From positions 32,001-96,000 of the IMG/VR virus record IMGVR_UViG_3300037264_006630: DNA of 64,000 nt; one strand, written 5' to 3'. Under the pieces are notes generated by a model. The model saw only the letters and a program-made list of their open reading frames with translations, was not told the DNA's origin and made no database searches. The stretch is from a virus. Shown in pieces: positions 55,469 through 64,000 of this stretch (position 1 is the first letter of the stretch; each line of letters opens with the position of its first letter). The position numbers and the translations under genes are program-made.

Positions 55469-55507
55469 TTGACGGCGGCGGCGTTCGTGCGTATGTTCAG
55501 GCGCATG
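55469..55507 (+). promoter_or_regulatory. class A leaderless promoter
   Basis: TTGACG-17-TATGTT-7nt-ATGAA, with TTCGTGCG. Confidence 0.75.
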
Positions 55508-55684
55508 AAACCCGCGAAGCCGACCACGATCGTGGTGACCGAGCGTCACAACGTCTTCCAAGCCTGCATCAAGGACAGTCCCGAGATCTGGGAGGCTGGA
55601 GCGACTCGTGCCGATGCGATCGGCAAGTTGATCATCGCGCGAGCCGAGCGCTTCTTCGGCATCACCATCCAGATCGAGGCGTGA
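55505..55684 (+). CDS. small HicB-like fold protein
   Basis: VFQACIKDSPEIWEAGATRADAIGKL. Confidence 0.45.
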   Translation: MKPAKPTTIVVTERHNVFQACIKDSPEIWEAGATRADAIGKLIIARAERFFGITIQIEA

Positions 55685-55688
55685 CCCG

Positions 55689-55982
55689 GTGAGCATCCTG
55701 GACGCGGACGTTCAACTGAACGCGGTGGCGCTGGCAGACGGATGGCAGTCGACGCCGCGTCAGCGCACCGAGGCCGCTCGCATCTGCGCGATGGTGGCGT
55801 CGTCCGGTCACCGTCACAGAAAGCTGGGCGAGCACGCGCGGGCGGCGATCGGTGCCAGCCACGCCGCTCTCAAGCTGGCGAGGGACGTGGTGTTCTGGTC
55901 GGTCTGCCTCGGGAAGGCCAGCGACAGCAAGCGCGAGACGTTCGCGCGCGCCGAAGCTATGCTGCGCACGGTGCAGCCGTGA
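55689..55982 (+). CDS. hypothetical protein
   Basis: ORF track. Confidence 0.5.
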   Translation: MSILDADVQLNAVALADGWQSTPRQRTEAARICAMVASSGHRHRKLGEHARAAIGASHAALKLARDVVFWSVCLGKASDSKRETFARAEAMLRTVQP

Positions 55983-56794
55983 CCGTCAGCCAGCGCTGGC
56001 AGGGCGGCCGGACGAGCTACAAGCCGCCGGGCCCGCCGTTCGTCCCCGCGATCCACGAGGTCGCGTTCATCGATCGCACGGCTGCGCGGCGGTTCACCCT
56101 CGAGCATCACTACGCGGACACGGTGCCGGCTTGGGTCTACAGCGTCGGCCTGTGGCGCCGCGGGGCGCTGGTCGGCGTCGCGATGTTCAGTCAGCCGGCG
56201 GCGCAAGCCGTCCTCGACATCCTGCCCGACGGCCGCGAGAGCGGGACCGAGCTCGGGCGGCTGGTGCTCACGCCCGAGGTGGAGACCAACGGCGAGACGT
56301 GGTTCATCAAGCGCGCTTTCGCGCTCGCTCACCGGCACGGCTACGAGCACGTCATGTCGTACGCCGACCCGCTCGAGCGGACTACCAGCGACGGGACGTT
56401 GGTGAAGCCCGGCCACGTTGGGCTGATCTATCAGGCGCACAACGGCATCTACACCGGCCGAGGTCGCGGCCGTCCGTTGTGGCTCCTGCCGTCGGGGCAG
56501 GTCTTGAACGAGCGCTCGATCTCCAAGTCAAAGGCCGGTCACCGAGGGGCGAGCACGGCGATCGGGAAGCTCGTCCAGTTCGGCGCGCCGCGGCCCGGGG
56601 ACGGAGACGATGTCGCCGCCTGGGTCGCCGAGTGGGTGCCGCGGCTGTGCCGTCGCGTCTCGCATCCAGGGAATTACCGGTACGTGTGGCCGCTCGGCGG
56701 CGACTCGCGCGCCCGCCGCGCGCTGGTCCGGCACCTCGCCGAGCGCGGCATCCCCGACAACCTCGAGCGCCCTCGCGCCGTGGAGGCAGCATGA
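55979..56794 (+). CDS. mom: Mom-like (GNAT-fold) DNA adenine modification enzyme
   Basis: HHY, GVAMF, ELGRLVL, NGETWF, SYADP...GHVGLIYQAHN..YTGR. Confidence 0.8.
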   Translation: MTVSQRWQGGRTSYKPPGPPFVPAIHEVAFIDRTAARRFTLEHHYADTVPAWVYSVGLWRRGALVGVAMFSQPAAQAVLDILPDGRESGTELGRLVLTPEVETNGETWFIKRAFALAHRHGYEHVMSYADPLERTTSDGTLVKPGHVGLIYQAHNGIYTGRGRGRPLWLLPSGQVLNERSISKSKAGHRGASTAIGKLVQFGAPRPGDGDDVAAWVAEWVPRLCRRVSHPGNYRYVWPLGGDSRARRALVRHLAERGIPDNLERPRAVEAA

Positions 56795-57264
56795 ACCGCG
56801 TCATCGACTTCATCGGCACCGCCCTTCACCCGCAGATCGCGGCGCGCACCCACTGCCTCCGGTTCGTCGACATGGTCCACGGTGCCGAGGCGTTCATCTT
56901 CCTCGACGAGCAAGACCGGCTGATGCTCCGGCGGCTGGGCAACCTCTACTCCTGGCCGCCCCTGAACGACTGGCACGCCGGCGCGATGATGTACGCGCTC
57001 GGCGAGTTGGTCGAGCACGACGGCAAGGGCAACCCGACGGCGCGCCCGCGCGGCCGGTTCGAGAGCGCCTTCCAGATCCTCCACTGCGGCGTGGAGCCCG
57101 TGTACCTCGGCAACATGTCCTTGCGGGAGGCTGGCGCCCGCTTCACCCAGGTCGCCTACCGCTGCCCGGCGTGCCTCCAGGAGTTCCTGCTCGTGGACCA
57201 GATCAACCTCAACACGCCCGAGGGCCAGGCCGCGATCAACGTGCTGCACGACGCGGTGGAGTAG
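56791..57264 (+). CDS. hypothetical protein with C-terminal Zn ribbon
   Basis: GGAGG SD; HCG...CPAC. Confidence 0.55.
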   Translation: MNRVIDFIGTALHPQIAARTHCLRFVDMVHGAEAFIFLDEQDRLMLRRLGNLYSWPPLNDWHAGAMMYALGELVEHDGKGNPTARPRGRFESAFQILHCGVEPVYLGNMSLREAGARFTQVAYRCPACLQEFLLVDQINLNTPEGQAAINVLHDAVE

Positions 57265-57273
57265 ACTCCGCCG

Positions 57274-58014
57274 GTGGGCGACGCGACGGACATCGGCATC
57301 GCCCGGAAGGCGCGCGACGCTGCGGCCGAGGTGGAGCAGCTCCGCGAGAGCAACGCGGCCCTCGCCGCGCAGCTCGATGCATACCGGGCGAACATGCCGG
57401 GGACAGCGCTGCCCGACGCCAAGGACACGCCGCACGGCTGGCGTTGCGGCAACGGGCATCCGTCCATCCTCGTCGACTCGAACAAGCGGAAGGTGACCTG
57501 CCGATACTGCGGCGCAGTGCTCGATGCGTTCACCGTGCTCTTGGAGTTCGCGACCGAGGAGCGCCGCTTCTGGAACGAGAACGAGCACGCGAAGCGCGAG
57601 CACGACCGCGTCAAGGCGCAGACAGAGTCGATGAAGGAGGCCATCGCCGCGGTGCATCGCGAGCGTCAGCGCGTCGAGTGCCCTCGCGGGTGCGGCGCGA
57701 AGATCGTCGCTGACTCGTGCGTGACCGGCGGCATCACGGCCCACGACTGCTACAAGCGGCGGGCGAAGGACGGCAAGGTGCCGCGTTTCACGGAGGAGCG
57801 CTGGCGCGCCGTCGTCGTCGACAAAGCGACGCGCTGGTGCGACCGCGTGACGGCAACGCGCTCGGCGACTGAACATGGTGGGAACGTCGAGGAGTTCAAG
57901 GGGCCGATCGGCGACAAGGCCGAGCGCGCGGCCGAGCGAGTCGCCGCGTTCACGAAGCAAGAGGCCGAGCGCGCCGCCGCGAGGCCACGCCGGACTCGGT
58001 CGCCCCGCACCTGA
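57274..58014 (+). CDS. Zn-ribbon/coiled-coil hypothetical protein
   Basis: VTCRYCGAVLDAF..L motif. Confidence 0.55.
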   Translation: MGDATDIGIARKARDAAAEVEQLRESNAALAAQLDAYRANMPGTALPDAKDTPHGWRCGNGHPSILVDSNKRKVTCRYCGAVLDAFTVLLEFATEERRFWNENEHAKREHDRVKAQTESMKEAIAAVHRERQRVECPRGCGAKIVADSCVTGGITAHDCYKRRAKDGKVPRFTEERWRAVVVDKATRWCDRVTATRSATEHGGNVEEFKGPIGDKAERAAERVAAFTKQEAERAAARPRRTRSPRT

Positions 58015-58053
58015 CCTTGCGGGTGTTGCCCGGAAATCGGACCGTGGCCGCCG

Positions 58054-58443
58054 ATGTCCTCGGCGCTCAACCCGGCGATCCGCCGCCGCCTCCATGCCAT
58101 CGGCCTGGTGAACGAGCGCGACCGGCTGATCCTCTTCCTGCGGGCGATCGTGAACCGGGCGATCCGCTGCTACGAGAACGAGTTCCTGGAGGACGGCTAC
58201 GCCTTGGTGCAGCGCTGCGCTGAGATCTTCGTCGGTGACACCGCCGATCTCGGCGCCTTCTCCTGGTTCGGCATCCGCGACGGCGGTGACCTGATCGCGG
58301 TGCCCTGGCTCATCGCGCCTGGCCCCGACCGCGGCCTGATCGTGCCGGACGTGGGCGAGCTGGCGCGCTTGATCTTGAGCGGTGGCACACGTCGGGAGTG
58401 GCTAAGGCCGCGGGACCTGGAATTTACGGGTGATGCCCGGTAG
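58054..58443 (+). CDS. hypothetical protein
   Basis: ORF track. Confidence 0.5.
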   Translation: MSSALNPAIRRRLHAIGLVNERDRLILFLRAIVNRAIRCYENEFLEDGYALVQRCAEIFVGDTADLGAFSWFGIRDGGDLIAVPWLIAPGPDRGLIVPDVGELARLILSGGTRREWLRPRDLEFTGDAR

Positions 58444-58517
58444 CCTGGATCGTGGAATGCGGTTTCCGGGCCAACACGATGTGATGCAGGAGGGGGCGCG
58501 CAAGCGCTCGCCTTGAC

Positions 58518-59240
58518 GTGCCGCGCGCCAAGGCCACGGCCGAGTCGAAGACCAAGGACCCGGGCGCGATCGTCACGGCGAAGCGGCAGAAGCTCGCCGC
58601 CAAGATCGCCGAGAAGGGGCCACCGTCGGTCTTCCAGCGGGGCGGCCGGCTGGTGCAGGTGCAGTTGCTGCTCGCCGAGTCGGTGAGCGAGCCGGAAATC
58701 GTCCGCTGGCTCACCACCGAGATCACCCCAGCGATGGTGACCGCCGCCGCCGCCGAGGGGCGCGCGCTCACCGTGAAGCCGTGGAAGGTGACCCCGGCGA
58801 CGGCGCGCGACTACATCAAGTCGGCCTGGCGCGAGTGGCAGGAAGACGAGCGCGCACCGCTGGGCAAGGTCCGCACCCTCGATCGCCAGCGCATCCTTCA
58901 CGTCTACCGGACCGCCCTCAAGGACGGCAACCTGATCGTGGCCCTGCGCGCGGCCGAGTCCGTGGCCCGGATGAACGGCTCGTTCGTGCCGCAGCTCGAG
59001 GCCCCGGTTGGGGTGGACATGGAAGCCGACGAGGCGGCGGAGGCGATCGAGCACGGCTACGCGACGCTCCTGCTCGCGCGGCGCCGCGGCGCGCTCTCGT
59101 TCAAGCAGACCGCCAACGCCATCGACGTGCCAGCCGGCGGCGATGCCGGTGATGATGCGCTCGAGGTGGAGGTCAAGGACGCGCTGTCGGCTGCGCCGCC
59201 GGTGCCTGTGGTCGAGCCCCCGCTGGGGAGCGCGAACTGA
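58518..59240 (+). CDS. putative terminase small subunit
   Basis: position directly before TerL (TGATG overlap); HTH-like TPATARDYIKSAW. Confidence 0.55.
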   Translation: MPRAKATAESKTKDPGAIVTAKRQKLAAKIAEKGPPSVFQRGGRLVQVQLLLAESVSEPEIVRWLTTEITPAMVTAAAAEGRALTVKPWKVTPATARDYIKSAWREWQEDERAPLGKVRTLDRQRILHVYRTALKDGNLIVALRAAESVARMNGSFVPQLEAPVGVDMEADEAAEAIEHGYATLLLARRRGALSFKQTANAIDVPAGGDAGDDALEVEVKDALSAAPPVPVVEPPLGSAN

Positions 59241-60820
59241 TGGGCGCCGCCGCGAAGAAGAAGCCGGCGGCGAGGCCGGAGCGGAAGTCGCACGCCGCCG
59301 CCAAGCACGAGCGCGGCTCGCGCGCCGACGTGATCGCCGCTGGCGCCAAGACCAAGCAGGCGACCGACGCGGTGCTGGTCCGCGCAGCTCGCCGCGACCC
59401 GGCGGTCTTCAACCAGTACGTCCTCCGGGACGAGTCGACCAACCGACCGATCCTGCTCTGCGACATGCACGCGGAGTGGCAAGACCTGCTCACCGCGCAT
59501 CCCCGCGTCGTGATCTGGTCGGGCACAGAGCAAGGAAAATCGGTTCAGTTGTCGGTGGGCCGGGTGCTGTGGGAGATCGGCAAGAACCCTTCGCTGCGCG
59601 TACTCATCGTCTGCGCCGCGCAGAGCGTCGCCAAGAACATCGTCGAGTCGATCCGCCGCTACATCGAGCAGTCGATCGAACTCGCCGCGGTCTTCCCGCA
59701 CTTGAAGAAGGGCAAGATCTGGAAGCAGTCCGAGATCACCGTGGCGCGGCCTGGCCAGTCGCGCGACCCGACGGTCAAGGCCGTGGGCTACGGGAGCAGG
59801 TCGGTGCTCGGCTCGCGCGTCGATCTGGTGGTCTGCGACGACTACCTGAACGATCAGAACACCGCGACCGAGAAGCAGCGCAAGCAGGCTTACTCCTGGC
59901 TCAAGTCGATCGTCGAGGGCCGCAAGACCCCCAACGCTCGGTGGTGGTTCATCGGCAACACCTGGCATGTGCGCGACGCGATGCACATGTACGCCAAGGA
60001 GCCGGGCACGGTCTCAAGGAAGTACCCGATCCTAGACGAGCACGGCAAGCCGCGCTGGGCCGAGCGCTGGCCGATCGAACGCTACTTGCAGGAGCGTGCG
60101 AACCGCGGTCCGGTCGCCGCCGCGCAGTCGCTCGACTGCATCGCTGCCAACGACAACTCGGTCTACTTCCCGATCAAGAGCATCTGGCCGGCGCTCGTCA
60201 AGGGTGACGGGTTCACCCTGCACCCGACCTTCCCGCCGCACCTCTCCCACGAGGGCTGGGCGACGTACACCGGCGTCGACCTCGCGTTCTCCGAGGAGAG
60301 CGACTCCGACGACACTGCGATCGTGACCATCTCCGTCGACCCCAAGGGGGAGTGCCGCATCCTCTGGATCGACGCGGGGAAGTGGACCGGGCCGGAGATC
60401 ATCGACCGCGTCATCGACCACCACAACCGCTACGGGTCGATCGTCTGGGTCGAGGACAACGCCGGTCAGATCTACATCAAGCAGGGGGTCAGCGAGCGGA
60501 AGATCTCGGTGCCGGTTCGCGGCCACACCACCACCGCGACCAACCGCCTCCACCGCCGGACCGGCATCGCCTCTCTCGCGGTCACCATGCAGAACGGACG
60601 CTACCTGATCCCGAACCGCAACGCCGGGAAGGTTGATCCCGTCGCCGCTGGCCTGGGGGCGCTGATCCTGGCTCCCGAGATCAAGAAGCTGATCGCCGAG
60701 ATGATGGAGTGGTCACCGGAGTCGCACACCGGCGACCGCTTGCAGGCGCTCTGGATCGCCACGCTGGCCGCCAACAAGCACGGCTCGACCGCCGTGGTGA
60801 AGAAGCCGAGGGGGACCTGA
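59240..60820 (+). CDS. terL: terminase large subunit
   Basis: EQGKS Walker A, GSRVDLVVCDD Walker B, GNTWH; nuclease GVDLAF...DDTA, VEDN, GDRLQAL. Confidence 0.88.
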   Translation: MGAAAKKKPAARPERKSHAAAKHERGSRADVIAAGAKTKQATDAVLVRAARRDPAVFNQYVLRDESTNRPILLCDMHAEWQDLLTAHPRVVIWSGTEQGKSVQLSVGRVLWEIGKNPSLRVLIVCAAQSVAKNIVESIRRYIEQSIELAAVFPHLKKGKIWKQSEITVARPGQSRDPTVKAVGYGSRSVLGSRVDLVVCDDYLNDQNTATEKQRKQAYSWLKSIVEGRKTPNARWWFIGNTWHVRDAMHMYAKEPGTVSRKYPILDEHGKPRWAERWPIERYLQERANRGPVAAAQSLDCIAANDNSVYFPIKSIWPALVKGDGFTLHPTFPPHLSHEGWATYTGVDLAFSEESDSDDTAIVTISVDPKGECRILWIDAGKWTGPEIIDRVIDHHNRYGSIVWVEDNAGQIYIKQGVSERKISVPVRGHTTTATNRLHRRTGIASLAVTMQNGRYLIPNRNAGKVDPVAAGLGALILAPEIKKLIAEMMEWSPESHTGDRLQALWIATLAANKHGSTAVVKKPRGT

Positions 60821-61124
60821 TGAACGACATCGAACGAGCTCGTGATCGCCGGGACGACAAGGCGGGCCCCTGGGAGGTCTGCCGGATCATGTGCCTGGTG
60901 TGCCAGTTCCGGTACGTGAGCGTCCACCCGCTGTACAAGAACGACGAGGGCGATCTGGTCGACCTCACGACACTCCAGTGCGCGCGCTGCAAGGAGCGCA
61001 TGAGCGCGGTCCTGCCGATGCCCGACGAGCCACCGCCCGGCGACTCCGACGCCCCGCCCGACGAGCCAGCGACAGACGTTGCCGCTGGCGCCAGCGTCGG
61101 CGACTCTCCCACCCGGAGCACGCC

Positions 61125-61143
<19 letters not shown>
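60820..61143 (+). CDS. small Zn-ribbon protein
   Basis: CLVC...CARC; TGATG coupling. Confidence 0.55.
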
Positions 61144-63178
<2,035 letters not shown>

Positions 63179-63182
<4 letters not shown>

Positions 63183-63346
63183 GCCACATCGAGCGGGTTA
63201 TCCGCATGCCGGCGCCGTCGCCCAAGGCGGCGGTGATCGAGGTGGTGATGATCGAGAGGCGGCCCGGTCGCTTCAGGGCCTGGGTCGCGAAGCTGCTCGT
63301 GCGGCTGGCCGGGCGCATCGCGGGGATGCGCGTCCGGATCATCTGA
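63179..63346 (+). CDS. small hypothetical protein
   Basis: GTGA overlap with the portal stop. Confidence 0.45.
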
Positions 63347-63352
63347 GCGCGG

Positions 63353-63595
63353 CTACTTCGGGACGAGCATCGACAGGCGCTTGGCCAGGCTAAACCCGCC
63401 GTCGCGCTGGTCGAGGAGCGAGCGGGCCGCGCGGCAGGCGTCCTGGTACTGACCGGGGTAACGCTCCGGATCGCGGCCCGCCGCACGCATGAGCCGCTGG
63501 ATCTCGGCCGCGAGCTCGTCGTCACTGGCGCCGTGTGGGAAGTCGCCGTCGTCGAGGTCGACGAGGATGCACCACATCTTCAAGTCGAGGCGCAT
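63353..63595 (-). CDS. hypothetical protein
   Basis: ORF track; abuts upstream gene. Confidence 0.5.
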   Translation of the reverse strand: MRLDLKMWCILVDLDDGDFPHGASDDELAAEIQRLMRAAGRDPERYPGQYQDACRAARSLLDQRDGGFSLAKRLSMLVPK

Positions 63596-63596
63596 T

Positions 63597-63992
63597 CTAC
63601 TTGCCGTCTGCCGCCGCGAAGTCGATGCCGATCACGGTCCAGCGCTCGCCGTCGATCTCGACGGTGTGCAGGCGGTCATCGATGAACCGGGACGCCCCGC
63701 GCAGGATGCGGATCACGGTGGCCAAGCGCTTGCGCGCGAGGAGGGCGAACACCTTGGCGATCGCGGTGTCCGCGTCCCGCCATCGCGCTCGCCGCACCTC
63801 GATGTCGGCCGTGGCGCCGGCGTCGATGGCCTGCCGGTAGGCGGTGATGTGGGCCAGGTAGCAGGAGCGGATGAGGTCGATCGCCTGGGCGGCTGGCACC
63901 ATCTCGTAGTAGGCGTCACCGCCGATCCAGACGTGACCCTCGGGGATGGGACCGCCGGGTGCGTCGTCGGCGGGCCCGCGGATGATGACCAA
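63597..63992 (-). CDS. hypothetical protein (start may be outside the window)
   Basis: ORF track; GC3-rich codons. Confidence 0.55.
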   Translation of the reverse strand: MVIIRGPADDAPGGPIPEGHVWIGGDAYYEMVPAAQAIDLIRSCYLAHITAYRQAIDAGATADIEVRRARWRDADTAIAKVFALLARKRLATVIRILRGASRFIDDRLHTVEIDGERWTVIGIDFAAADGK

Positions 63993-64000
63993 GTCCCGTC

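Overview
GC-rich segment of a large tailed phage or prophage. The host is not provable from the sequence; sigma54-type promoters and Cys-rich lipoproteins would fit a myxobacterium. About 100 mostly small, translationally coupled ORFs make up a long accessory/early region (1-58.4 kb), followed by the start of the packaging module (putative TerS, TerL, portal; 58.5-63.2 kb). Recognisable genes: GP88-like protein, dCTP deaminase, YkgJ Cys-cluster protein, SF2 helicase, degenerate DUF5131, CMP/dCMP-type deaminase, ASCH, solo TnpB, NUDIX, HerA/FtsK-like ATPase, two HicB-like proteins, SLOG, LuxR HTH, GHKL ATPase-HExxH fusion, DUF6094 methyltransferase-SNF2 helicase fusion, DUF1643 and a Mom-like DNA-modification enzyme. 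There are six tRNA genes. The most unusual signals are non-coding. (1) A repeated sigma54-type promoter cassette (paired 19-bp upstream sites, a palindrome, the -24/-12 box, then ATG 13-14 nt later). (2) A second family of ten sigma70-type leaderless promoters, all ending in ATGAA exactly 7 nt after the -10 box. (3) A tRNA set in which both Ser tRNAs fold best as 9/3 (allo-tRNA-like), all three Leu tRNAs lack the long variable arm, and three tRNAs have C33 instead of U33. All folds, alignments and family calls were made by eye; no database searches were run.
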